A stretch of DNA of 64,000 nucleotides from positions 12,524,001 to 12,588,000 of the forward strand of contig OZ281494.1 in the NCBI GenBank assembly GCA_965637545.1. The letters run 5' to 3'. Positions 37,449 to 51,082 of this stretch are shown piece after piece. Each line of letters begins with the position of its first letter. Position 1 is the first letter of the stretch. This DNA is from Phallusia mammillata. Lineage: Eukaryota. The translations under genes were made by a program, and so were the position numbers. The notes under the pieces are model-generated. The model ran no database searches and had not been told where the DNA came from. It saw only the letters and a program-made list of their open reading frames with translations.

Positions 37449-40400
37449 GTATAGATGATATAGAAAAACTCTTACAGGTGATAAAACCGTTTGTACAGAA
37501 CTAAAGACAGAAAAAAACCACAAAGCCAAAACTACAGCTTGAGCGTTTAAATTTGTTTCAGCTGATTTATGCGGTTTTCATAAGCACATGTAGTCTATCC
37601 ACGTGATCTTGTCTTCCAGATCCGATTTAATTTTACTTCTTAAATCAAAATGTGGCTGAGTATGCAACTTTTCTCAAACCAAACCGGCATGAAAATACAA
37701 TAGGGTAATTTTACTTTCACCAGTAAATGTAACTTCAAAGTCTTGGCATGTGTTTTTGCCGGCATGACCCGGTGTTCACTTTTCGCTGTCTCGCCGTCGG
37801 CGATTGTTGACTTGACTTGTGTGTTGTCCGACCCAGCTCAGCAAGGCACCGAGCACTTGTACAACCCTGCAATTATGTCTGTACATTTCAATGTGGCTAA
37901 ATGACTCATCGTTATGTGGCCGCACAAAATTGCTTTTAAGACATCGACTGCGGTTTATGTGTCAATTTTTTTTAATAAAGTCGTTTGCTGTTTGTTTGTA
38001 TTGCTACTACATCTTGCTCCTGGTATGGTTTAATTCTTGAAAAATGCATTTGAATACGCTTTGTTTGGTTGTTTATTCTTCAATATTCACCCAAAGGCCT
38101 CACCCCCATAGCCAAAAGCGTGTTAACTTTTGAACAAAACGCAATCCGCAAAAACGGAGGAACTGTTGTTTTGCAAGGCGATCTTTCAACAGTAATTGAC
38201 ACATAAAGACGATGTAATGCTAAAAATGAGTGTATAATTATCAATAGTCCTTCCCAGTTAAAACTAATAAATTGTACAATTCTTTCGCAAGGCATTATAA
38301 CTGTGATTCTTAGAACTGTACCATATAGCAAATTTTCGTTGTGTCGATGTTTTTGTGTTCCTGCAGAAGGTGTTTCGTGGAAAGCGTGATTTGGCAATAC
38401 AGTATTTTGTTTAGGAACTACGATTCACTTCTGCATTGAGTTGCAATTGTTTTTAATTAGTTTTGAAGTGTGGTATGTACTGCAATACAGGTCTATGAAT
38501 AAATCGTGGGTTTGGTCCTCGAGTTTAGAGAAAATCGTTATAAAGATGCAACATTTTGTTTATATCCGTTAAAGATGCAACCATTTTTATGAGTGTAGTT
38601 CATGTTCTGGTCTTAATGCATGATAAAAAAATTACCAAGAAACAGCTATAGTACGCTTTGCCAATTAATATTCACTGCCCAGTTGGAAGATTATCTCCAA
38701 ATCACGCACTTGTAATGTTTCAGTACATATTTGTATCACGTACGATTTTCTGGTCACAATCAAAGATAGGCTATATTTGTTCGTTTTTATCGAAAAGTTT
38801 ATATCGGATCATACGTGACGCTAGGGTAAAGATCTTACATGATTTGTTGAGAATATACTCGCATAACAAGTACATGTAGTCCAGTGTTTTTTTAAGGTGT
38901 TTTGGGCAAATTTCTCCAGCGGTTTCCCAAAATTTGGAAATGGCTATTTTTTGGTATTTAAATGAAACACTTGCGGTCTCTTAAAACTACTTAGCGGTCA
39001 CCCAAACCAAACCTTAAAAAAAACCTGCATGTACCTGTGGTTTTCCGCTATTAAACCATGATAAACCTATCTATGAAACTATGAAAACGGGGCCAATACA
39101 TTGAATTTTATGAAACGTTTTTGGCTTGTATAGTTTTCGAGATACGTTTTTGCGTTTAGAGTTGTGCACATGGTAGTTCCCTAAAAGTTGTTTACGCACA
39201 AATTCTCACGCTCCTTCGGACCAAGACATAACTCAAGTCCAAGCCATGACGACCTTGTCATACGAGACTTACTGATTTCGTCATCACATGTGCATTTGAC
39301 ACTTCCACAGCAAACATGCATTGTCGCAGAGCCCTTATTAACTTGCACAGCTTTACTGTAATCTGATACGTTTGCTTTGCATTCAACTTTCACATTATAT
39401 ACTTACTAAACATGTGTTAAGATTTATCCAGGGCAACATCTGTCCCGATTTGTGAAGTAGAAAGCCTATCTCGGCGTACGAAATAAGTAACTCTTTATAC
39501 GTGTGCCCCTACCATGACGACATTTAACCTAAACTTAATCCTTGTATGAATTTCCCTTTAAACTGCATTTAAAATGTTCAGTAATTGTAGTGAAAGAATA
39601 ATTAATTAAACTCTGATTTTCAAACAGTGAGTAATGGTGATTTTAATCAAATGTAATAGCAAGTATAAGTATATTTCCTTGTAAATATCATTTTGGCATT
39701 ACCCGCAAAAGTTGTTTACACTTTCAAAACACATCTTTACCGCATTCGACAGCTCCTCTAAATGCCATATCAGTATAATAAATGTGCGGTACATCGTATT
39801 TATTTCCGGCAGGTTATTCGCTTACAGCCCTAACTACCCCTTTGTAACCACTATCTGAAACAAAGTTGGTAAAACAACATTTTAAAGTGTTGTTCCGACA
39901 AAGTGTGTGTGTACACAAAGTGCTATGTTTTTATCTCTGTTGAATTTGATCATTATGCATTTTATTAATTATAGGAGATATGCATTTGACTATGAACTTC
40001 GGTGGCGTTTTCATGAGAATCGCATTACTTTAGCAATGCGCCAATGCCCTTTGGCCTATAGTTTTCCAGGGGCGGATACGTTTGACGGAATCATCACAAA
40101 CTGTGTGACAAATGTACATGAGGCGTAAAACTCAAATTTCCTCGACCTTTCCCACATTACACAAAGCAAATAGGCAAGCTCAATTGAGTCGTGTCATTTG
40201 TCAGGTTCGGTGCAATCATTTTTCCTTTATGAGCTACTCACAACACACGTTAGATGTAAACGTTCAACGTTGCATGTTGGCTTTTGTCCCTTGTATTTTG
40301 TTTGAATTGGAATTCATATCGGCATTACGCTTAAATAGTTGCGCAATAGGAACTAAATTAAAGTAAATGCCTTAAAAATATGGACAAAATTATCTACCGG

Positions 40401-43400
40401 AAATACAATAATGCTTTTGCGCTATAGCAAAGGAAATCGAGTAAAGTTAAAACACAATCAATCAAGGTTTTGTGTCGCCTGGTTGAAATAGGAAAACACT
40501 TAAACCACAACCCGATTTACGCTTTGCATCGTTGATAAAAGCGGGTGCGACGATACAAGATCCACGGTTCACGTTAATTTGCCCCACACTCAATCTGCAC
40601 TGTAACACGATCCACGCTTGTGTTTCAACCGTCCTCAGAGCCTTAAGTGTCGTGCGAAGGCGCTCAATTAATCCCCCATGTCCGTGGCGCGACTGTTGCA
40701 AGGTGCGTGGCGTTCATTGTGATTTCAAGCACGCCGCCGTCGCCTCGCCTCAGCACGACAAAGCCAACCTGACTTGTGAACCTGAAACGGCCGAGCAATT
40801 CATCTTCTGTATTTTGTCTGCAAAAGGGCGTGGGGGACTGGTTGTTTTTTTAGCCCCCTTTTTACGCTCGTCAATGGCGGCTAATGGCGCGAGTTTTGAC
40901 CCGCTTCAATCGGTGTGCGGATATCGGACCAGACGCCACAACAAAACTGCAGCGGCGCTTAAATTACGTGATCACGTTGAAAAGTATTTGTTTCGTCTGT
41001 AGTAAGGCGATACTCGGTACTCTGAGGTTGGTATTGCTTGAAAAGAGCGAGTCAGGAGAGAGTGAGAGAAAAAAAGAGCTAAAAAGAGCAAGTGTGGCTG
41101 CGGAACCAGCGGTTATTGACGCTCATTCTAGGAAGCTAACTTCTTCATTAAAGTGACTGTCAGGCGTCGGTGCGACCATTTTTCGTCGCGCTCCGTGGAA
41201 GAAGGGAGCAGACTGATAAACCGAGCCGCAAATCGGATTACCACAGCTAGTGTGTGCAGTATTTTGCAGTGTGGAAGGGTGCACCTGCTTGCTAAGTGGC
41301 AATAAGACGAGTTGACCAATACGCCGAATTTATTTATGGCGTGGTGCTTTAACTTAGTTAATGCGCGCTGGCAACAAATGAGTTTTTACATGTTGATCGA
41401 CCAGGCGCCAGAGAGTGTTGATTATTCGCTGTTCGTCAGATAAATGATCCGTTACTTCATTTTGTCACAGACGTAGTAACATGCGGTTTCCCAATTAGGG
41501 TTTTTGCAATACTGTGAATGTGTTTGTGCCCCTGAACGAAGACGCCAAGAAGCTTCAAGTATGTTTTGGATCCAAGAAGAATGAACTGCTGAAAAACATG
41601 GACGTTTTGCTTGCAACGTGGGAACTCACCACACATTGCTATGCATTGTTTCTGCCGTGATGCTGATTGGGTATTACCTGTATAACGCCTTATTAATTCT
41701 TTCACACGTGATAATGGACTATAGAAACTCGGGTAAAGTTATGTTAAAGTCAGTCCGAAATTGGCATGCCTTTTTTACATCTTATAACGCGAAAAAGTTA
41801 GTAGAAAAGTAAGTAGACAATTAGTTGATTCAGTGGGACAGAGAAAGAAAAGCAAGGTAAAGTTTATTTTTATTGATGCAAAAAAACGAAGCTAGAGCTA
41901 AACCAGTCGTGAGTTATCTGTTTTCGTTGTAGAGATGTTTGGATAGCAGTATAAGGAGTTTTTTTGGTTTCAATGTTTAATGGAATGTTTAAACGTTTGT
42001 GGGTGCACTCCGGTTCATTGACATCAAGTAACCCGTACATGGGCGCGAACAGGTCGTCTTTCTGCATATGGTTGTTTACTAGTCGTTACTCATGGAGATA
42101 AACAACCAAATGGGGAAGTCGATTCTATTCGAAGCTAAATATCTTCACTACTTTGACGAAGTAATAAGAGTTTAGGATTTAAGGAAAGGATTAGGATTTA
42201 AAGCAGGTGTAGTAAGATCTGTGCTCTCAACCGGAGGTAAAATGTTCTAAAAATGCTCAAACGAGGAAAAATTGTGAACAGTATAACCGTTTGTATTATT
42301 TGTTGATATTTTTAAGTCTACTTTGGACGATTAGACACCATTTTTATTGCAGTATGGTTTATCAGACAAAGCTGGTTAAAAAACGCGTTTCGTGCGAGTC
42401 ATATCGAACTTGTGCTGATCGCTACTTCGGTTACGTCACTGTCAACCAGAGAGGCTTTTCATTATTTCTGTACTAGTGTACACCCTTGCGACACTTTATT
42501 GCAGACTCTTTATTAATGCAATATGATCCAGTTAATATTGTCAGGCAAATGTGAGAACTAAACCCCGGGAGGCAGATCGGCAAACCACAAGAACCAGGCA
42601 ATAATTCATCTGCAATATTAATTCCACCAGCCAAAAGTCAGATGAGAGAGACAATTATAGAGCTAGACTTCCATGTTATAGTATAAAAAAGGCGATTTAT
42701 TTTGAACCCACATTATCGTGTCGCAATGTAAAAAAGTCATGTTCTAAATGTGATTTTCTGTGTACTTATTTATCATTTTCGTGTCCATATTTTACGTATA
42801 ATGCCACTATGTTTTGTATTCAATAACGTGTGAAATTGGTAGCAATCCCAGCCACGTTTCCCATTCAAGCGCGCCACCAGACCACGTGTTATAATCTCCT
42901 TGGCGCAGGGCAAAAAATGGCGGCCTGTTGTCTGGGTGTGATTGGTCTGACACCTGGTGTCTCGGTCACATTTCCGGCCGGTTACCATGCACAGGTCACG
43001 TGATTACAAAGTACAAATCGCGTGAAATAAATTTTGCAAAACTTTTTTTCCAATTATTAAGGTATGTGACTTGTTGATATGTTGCAATAAACACACATGA
43101 ACCGCATCTTATTGTTTTATATTTTTCTGTGTCATTTTTGTGACAGGTTTTGTGCCGTTGTTGGCATAAATGTTTTTTGCTTGCTGTGACATTTGTGGTT
43201 GCGACAAATTTCATTATGTTACCGTTGCTGCATTGTAACAAACGACCATCATTCCCAGTTTTTCATAGCCTGTTAAAGCTTTTCTTTGCATTGATTTACT
43301 TGCTTTTTGTGTCTTACTTTTGATGCCATGTGTCTTTATCACAATAAAAGATTTTGCATGAATATGAGAGCAACACGTTTTTGGATAAAAGGTTAATAAG

Positions 43401-43842
43401 TCCTGTATTACAGTGTAACTGCCTTCCTCCATAAACTGAACCGGCACACACAACATGTATGTATAAATGTGACGGAGTATTTACAGGTTACATTCATGTA
43501 TACATACATAGTAACGATACGAAATACTACTTCAGTATAGATCACACATTAACAATTTTGACATATTGTTACAACACCTACATGTGTATAATTATTTACA
43601 AACAATTACAACACAACACGCCAGTGCATTAAAACGATTTCTTGCCCAGTGAGATTTGAAACCCAAAGCAGTTTATCTTGGACGGTACAATTTCTTAAAA
43701 CGAAATTCGCCAAGGACAAAAAAATGCCTAAACCTTTGTTTGAAAAAGAGTGTTTATTGAAGTGTTTGTTACATTTATAAAGAAAGTCGCCTGTTTGGTT
43801 TAATACTCAATGATTACATAATGTGTTGAGTATGTTTTAAGC

Positions 43843-46800
43843 TTATTGGTCAGGCCTTACAACTTTGCCAATGAACAGAGTTGCCCCGGTAGGCTCATGT
43901 CGTATAAAGTACAAAAAAGGTTTGTTGATCACCACCTCGTGTGCAGTATTACGTGACGATACAGTAATGAAAGACGCCGCTACTGCTTTAACTCCGTATT
44001 CATCCAACTCCAAAACTGCCTCGTGGCCAGCGTTGCTTACAAATGCGTTTGGAAAAGAGGTCATCGGAGACAAATCGGCCTGTTCAGGAGAGAATATGTC
44101 CCTTATTCCCATTTCCTGCAGTGTGTTTTCCATGTCGGCGATTTTGTGTCTTGCAGTGAAGTTAGGCATCCTTATGTCGCACTTCCAGAGACGCGACAGT
44201 GGTTTAGCGGCGTATGAGGCACGCAAATACCGCCGAATCTCATCCCGTGCTGCGGGACCCGACAATCGGCTAAAATCACCCGCGACACGAGGCATTATCA
44301 CGATCATGCTGAGTTGTAGACCTGTAGAAACACATGTTTGCTTGGTAATTTTGTTTCTTTGCAAAACAGTAGGCACAGGGTTTAGGTTCATCTGACAATT
44401 GCTTTTTACATACGTCATTTTCACTTCAGTTGTCCAATCCGTTAACCCACAGGCCCCAAAGCGTAGAATTATAAAGACGGATAAAAGCTGCATTTTGTAA
44501 CTGGTGGTTGGATTACCCGAAGTTAACTCCTTTACCCCAAAATATTGTGATATACCTTCACAAATCGTACGTTATCTTAATCATAACGTATATAATGTAC
44601 TCTGCGTTGCATGACGTAATATGACGCTTATTTCCGGTGCAATGCGCCATAAACCTGAGGTTGTTGGTGTGTTTTGTAAGTTATGGTGTTATGTAAGCTA
44701 GTGGTTGTAACTTGACCATTTCTGCTGTTATTCTTGTGCCTGATGGTGGCGATAGGTAGAACTTTTTTTCAAATAGCAAGAACAAAATGGTTATTATGGA
44801 TATTTGTTCTTTTGGTTTTGCCACACAACCCAAAATCGTGTTTAAATGGTGACTGTTTTACCAGACAAGACGCATAGAGAGTACACAGCGGCTGCTTTTG
44901 GACAGTTGCTTTGCACTTAACCTGGTGTGCTGCTCAGCGAGTGAATACTGGTTTCATTAGGCTGTAAATGCGTAACGATAACCTCTATAACTCTATTGTG
45001 TTTTGTGTGTTAAAATGACGACAGGCACATCCTGTAGCGATCGGTAGCAGACGTTTGGAGCGAATACGTCATACATTTGTCGCATTGTTGATAATAATTG
45101 CGCTGAGCGGAATCAAACCGTGAAACTCAGTGTTTAACGATTACGTTTTTGTTTGGAAAATATTGCTGTTAGCTGTTGCTGGATTTTAAGAATATTGTGT
45201 AGACGTTTATTTTCCATGGCAAAGGAGCGATCAACTAAAAAATACCGACAGCATAAAAGAAAGCTAATTCCAGGAAAGCGGAAAACCCAACTTAAAGTAT
45301 GTGCTAAACTTTTACTTGTTTACCTAATATTGCTTCATAAAACGTAGCGGAGTCAAATGTATAAAATCCAAAACCTGTGTTTGATGTCCGTTGATGCGGT
45401 TTGAATTGAGTTGGGTAAGCCCACGTTTTGCCCTTTAGCATATATTGTCAAACAGGGTATTTTTTTATTCTTTTTGACTATTTCTGCATCACATTGTCAA
45501 AAATCGCGTCGTCATGGTCAAACGCGACTTGTTGACGTCAGCGTTTCCTAATGCAGGTGTACGACGTTGGACTGAGACGGATAATTACATTAGCTCGTTT
45601 GTCAAATGTGCCTGGTGTTTTTACAGCAAAGTCGCTGTTTGACAGGTCGTGTTTTGTCCGCGCTTGTGTGATTGATATCAAAATTCGCTTTGTTCCATAT
45701 TACAGGCTGTTTGCCAATATTTAGTGACGACGTGCACTTAAAACGTCTCTCTATTAGTTTTTGTATTTTACAAACCAAACTGTCCCGGTTCTAAGGACTG
45801 ATTTTTTTTAAGAGCCAGGTTGGTTTTAGAGCGGGTTTACGCACTAACTTTGTACTTTCAGCAAGAATGTATTTTTTATTTTTTCTTAAGGGGTAAATTT
45901 GTCGATAAAATGTTGAGCAAAGTGTATACACATTTATATATGTTGCAGTCTTAACACCGAAAAAACTTTCACAGTGGCTAGTATCATGACCAATTACCCC
46001 TGTTTTGCTAACAAGCAATGTTGCAAGACCACCAACATTGTTGTCTTATACTTTACCTTTGAAGGGTAGCAAAACCACTTGGGCGTCCAAGGTATCAAGG
46101 TCTTCAAATCTGCATTTGCTCGCTCTATGGGGATCAGAACGCATCATCGAAACAGTGACTTGATTGGTTGGTGACACCATGAAAGGGCCCGGCCGGGTTA
46201 GGTGCTTTGCAAAGGGCACAGACCACGCTGCCTGAAAGTAAAAAAGGTTGTAGTTGTAAAATTTTAAACTACATATATTTGGAATTAGAATCCCTTATGT
46301 GTTATATTCCCAAAAACTTGCTGGTTATGTGTTTTGATCTCTTTGCGGTCTAATTAGGTACACTAAAGTGTTCACTGAAGATGACAAACACAAATATACT
46401 TTTTAATAAACACCTGTGTATGTATAAATCATTCATATAAAACAGCGTATTTTACATCCATCAATGGGCAAAAACTGACAACAGTTGATTTATAAAACAC
46501 ACAAAATACAACGGACTTTTTGATTTGGAAACAATCATTTTAAAAGTGCACATGGCCACTTGACAGTTTGCTAACAGACTGGGTGTTTCTTTTATGTAAG
46601 AAAAACGTGGCAACGCCGTCTACATACCACTAAAACTTAGCGCTATACAAATATCACAAAACCGCAGTTTGACATTAATCTGTATGAACAGCGCCACCTC
46701 AAAATACTTTGCTTTTACTGGCCTCCCAGTCCGACTTTTGTGGTTTGTTTTTAACGTGCCCAGGTTCTTTTTGCTATTTGTCATTTGGTAAGTTTAGTGT

Positions 46801-48612
46801 GCTGGTGTGTCTGTGACAGGGTTTAAAAGATCCGCCCTTTGGTTAAGCTGATAAGGTTCGTTTAGCGCCCCTGAAACTTGATAGCCATGTGATTTGTGTC
46901 ATACAGTTTCTTGTGCTAAAATATTATTGTGATTTTAAAGACTGTCGATGGGTGCTCAAACTGTGATTGACATTGGCAAATTATATCGTGGGTTTTCCTA
47001 GTTCAATGCATCAGTTTCTTTTAAACTGCGCAATAGTTTGTTTATCAACGTTTTCTACCCTTTTGTTGTTTTATTTATTGTTAGTGGTAACCGTTTTGTT
47101 CAGATTTAACCACTCGTTAACGATTTAAACATGCTACCGACACAGACACGTTGGTATTGTTGCCGCTAGACTGCGCTATTTAGTCGAATCGAAATGTATG
47201 AAAACTGTAGAATTTTAAATGAGGATTTAAAAACTTGCCCATTTTTCGATTTTGGTTAAAATACACATTAAACTTTAAAAACTGTACTTATACAGAAATC
47301 GACCTAAACCAAAGCGCGCTCAATACAGACGAAATTACAGACACATTAAACTAGTTTAAAACATCAAGTTTATAGAGCTCGTTATGCATATAGCTTATAT
47401 ATAGTTTAAAACATACTAACAACCCCCAAAATACTATGGTGTCTTGCATCTTACCTTCATCGATACGGCATTGACCAGAAAAATTTTCGTGAAAGTCGTC
47501 ACTGCCTCTTCCGGTATAAGCTCGGGAATTTCGTTGTGGGTTTCCTTTGCCACGAATCTGTTCATCTTGCTGCGGGACTGACGAGGTTTGGTCGAGAAGT
47601 CAAGTCGCTTCACAGGAGCCTTGTGAAATCTGTTTCAAAAAACAATGTTTGTGTGTGTGCGTTTTGTTTGCCTGGTATGAATTGTTCTATGTGTTTGTTC
47701 ATGACAGACGAATATTTGAGTTTTGAGTTCAGTTTATTGAAGAATACAACGGCCCAATTAGACTTAAAAGCGACATGCTTTGTTATTCAAACGTTTCAGC
47801 AAATGCTTATGCCATCATCGGTGATATGAGGGGCAACATTGGTTTAGTTTAACTACAAAAAGTAAAAGTTACAAAATAAGCATTTTTGCACTTAAAACGT
47901 ACCTTTTTGTCGATTCCTTAAAAGTTTTTAATATCACCACATGATTATCGGCAAAAATTCGGTTCGCTCTTCTCAAGGTGTAGTGCGAGTTATTGGCGAA
48001 AACTCGCAGGCACATTTGTGCCTCTATATCAGCCGGATTTTCGAACTCCGATAGTCGAAGAGCCTTAACAACTTCTTGGTATGAGTTTCCTCCCAAACCT
48101 AAAATTAAAAAAAATGTTTTTGTCTATTAATGTAGAAAAAACACGTTAATGTTACAAAGGTAACGTTAATGTTACAAAGGCTCGAAGCTTTGTTCTAATT
48201 TTGTATCTCACCTGGGGTTAAAATCGAAAGGACTGCAAACACAGAAATCGGCGACACAACCACGTTTGCATCGGCGTCACTAGATTGCGCTGTTCGGTCA
48301 AACACATCAAATCCGAATTCGTAGAGGGATCGGGCTGCTGGCTCCGGAAACGCTGACGTAGGTCGGAAAACTGCACACGTGGCTGCAACGAAAGTTACGC
48401 TGTTTTAAGATTTATTATCAAAAATATCAATTTGTAATTTAGAATATTAAAAGTGTTTTCAATATTTTTTAATTACTTTACGAAATGTACCAACCCATTC
48501 CAAGTAATGCCAATTCTCACTACTGTATGTTAGTAAAATGATGACGTCACTCACCTGACGTCAACAGATAGGCGACGACAGCGATAACACACGCCACATT
48601 GAAAGCGGCCAT
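43843..48612 (-). CDS. Secreted serpin A, 6 exons, about 417 aa, predicted P1-P1' Arg-Asn
   Basis: Exons 48612-48555, 48382-48212, 48098-47903, 47629-47455, 46231-46057, 44321-43843, in phase. Signal peptide MAAFNVACVIAVVAYLLTSATCA. NVVVSPISV, ANRIF, FLVNAVSMKAAW..PF, hinge/RCL DEYGVKAVAASFITVSSRNT, INKPFLYFIRHEPTGATLFIGKVVRP. AATAAA (-) at about 43753. Confidence 0.93.
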
Positions 48613-48764
48613 TTTTGGTTTGTTAACCTTTAAGTAATTGTAACGGCTGAAAAAGGCGGTTTATTAAGGTAAAAAAGCGAGCACGGACATGAAGAGTTTT
48701 CTGACAATTCTCTTTACTGCGATTTAACTTTAAAAAACACTGTGTTTTCCCACTTTTTGCATGA

Positions 48765-48859
48765 TGACTCATTATTTCACGCACTGCAAATTCGCCAGTG
48801 TAGTTTTTTAGTGTAGACTGTAGTAGCGCAATGACGTCATCCGGCTCCTATTGACGTCA
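48765..48859. promoter_or_regulatory. Candidate serpin A promoter: AP-1 site plus two CRE palindromes
   Basis: TGACTCA 48765-48771; TGACGTCA 48832-48839 and 48852-48859, 150-250 nt upstream of the ATG. Confidence 0.35.
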
Positions 48860-51082
48860 TGCTTGGCAATAGCGACGGTGGTCATATATCTGAACTGAAA
48901 TTATTGTTTTGTGGTTTTTGAGTATTTACCAGTCCACCTAAATTTTCGGTAAGCACACAACTTTAAGCACTAAAATTAAACTACACTGCAACTGTCTGCT
49001 TGCACATTTTTATCCAAACGATGCATTTTAAATAAAAACTGTTCGGTCTTCGTCTTGTCGCATTCTAGCTGTCTTCACGAAACTAGTTCTGTTTCCATCC
49101 AATGTTAAGTCATCAATTATTCAAAACTGATTCAGAATCGCGGTCGATATTTAGTCACGTGGGTTTTAATTTGGTGGTGTTTTTATTCCCGTGAAGTTTG
49201 TGCTTGTATACGCGCCAAGCTGTTCAACATTCATACAGTACACAGATGTTCATCTTGACGGGGCTCATTCTTTTCTCCAAACGTATTCCAGTTTCTGGCT
49301 GTTTGAAATCGAAATGCATTAATGCAACCTTTTAAGTCACACAAGCGTCTAAAATGCATTGACTGAAACGCAGTTGAGTCCAATTTTGCAGTGACCTAAT
49401 TTGGAACTCGAAAAACCTTAAAGTTGTAGCGACTTTTTTATCAATAAATTGCGGTCTCAAGTTCAAATGTTTTCTTACTTTTCCACTATCACTAACTAAG
49501 TTGGCAACACGCAAGCAACTTTACGTACAAACGAACATTTATGAACTCCTAACCTTATACCACAATCCTTAAGCTTTTCGACTGGCCTACTTTTGCTGCC
49601 ACATTTGGTTTGCATTCAATATCGGTTTTAATAACTTCCCTTTCGGCACCGCTGGGCGATACGTTTTTATAACTCCAGGCGGGGATGCAAAGAAGGGCGG
49701 TATGAATCGACGGTTCTAGTGACGTTATCGCTAGTTTGTTTGAATTGAAACCGAGGAAATGGTGACTTTTTAACGCACGCGTCAAGGAACCGTGCTTTAG
49801 GAGAAACGCCCTATTTGGGTTTTTGCATGTGGCGTTTCGACGTTGCGTCCATATTGGGCGGGTTACACCTGCGTGAAAATTTCGCCGACACGACTTTTTG
49901 AAAAGTGATTCTTGAAACACTTGGCTGTTTATTTGTTTGTTTTTTTGTCCCTTGGGGTGGAGGAGCAACGACTGAAGGCACTGTGCTCACAAAGAGTCCG
50001 TCTTTGAATTTTCTGATTCATTGTTAGCCCGTCCGATATGTGTTGTTGAAGTTTTTATTACTTTTTTTTAGATTCAACCGACCAGTTTTTTTATAGGTGC
50101 ACTGTCTCTTAAGTCTCATATTAATGGCAACAGAAATGGTCGGGACAGGATTAGAACCAGCAACCACAGGACCGACATTTTGATATGTATTTCTAATTGT
50201 TATTTGCCGTGTTTGTAAGCCTTCCATCTCGTTGACGTATAAACTCTCCTGCGTCATTTTGTTTCCACTTGACGTTGTTGTTTTTATATTGTGTATGCTT
50301 CATAAGGAAATCGGGCACTAACGACGTACATCCGAGCTAGGATGTTTCCTGTCAGTCTAAATCCAATTATCGAGCTTTATTTGGAAGACTCAACTTCTTC
50401 CCATGCGAAATTTAGATCCCAGATGCAGTGAAGTGGTGTCAAAACTGGATGACCTATACAAGGACTAGGCTTGGTTTAACATGTTGTTGTGAATAAAAGA
50501 TCAGGATTACGTAATATTAAAAAAAACAGGTTGTTGTGTCTACCGGCAAATACATAACAATTGGTCTGTTTCTATCATTTCTTTTCGTATTACATTTTGT
50601 CTTATTTTGGATTGGCAAAACTGTTGCCAAATTCTCCAATCTAATTTCTACCATTAAGTTGTCTGCTCTACCGCAAATCTATTTACAACGGCACTCTTAC
50701 TTTTCTTTGTTTAATTAGAACCAAAATCGCAGCAAAATTTACAGACACTATCAACATTTTTATTGAGTCTGTACAGAAATAAATAAAACCCACGAAAAAT
50801 ATACAGTTTGTGTTCGGTACAAAATAAAGAACGACATAAAACAGCAACAAAATGGACAACAACTGGAACTTTCAAAATTATCAAGCGTTCGTATTTCCGC
50901 GTGGTGGCACTCGGGAGGCAATCTAGTACGCAATGTCCTCTAGCGTGATGTCACAAACCTTTTACAGAATGCTAAAAGTGTTTGCGTTTTAACAGCCAAA
51001 ATGAAAACTGGAATATCGTGCACACTTAGCATTAAAGAATTGCTTAAGATCACACCATAGGACATGTTCCATGTGAGAGTTT

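Noticed and set aside
41457-41812. Small ORFs, including a hydrophobic 64-aa frame
   Set aside because: Non-ATG start, an in-frame stop just upstream, no recognisable motif and no consistent exon chain.
31000-43500. Conserved miRNA or snoRNA genes in the giant intron
   Set aside because: I found no match by eye to common conserved mature miRNAs and no convincing hairpin. An Infernal/Rfam and small-RNA search is needed to exclude them.
44322-44493. N-terminal extension of the 216-aa serpin ORF that looks like a signal peptide
   Set aside because: It is intron sequence. The acceptor at 44322 joins in phase to the upstream serpin exons.
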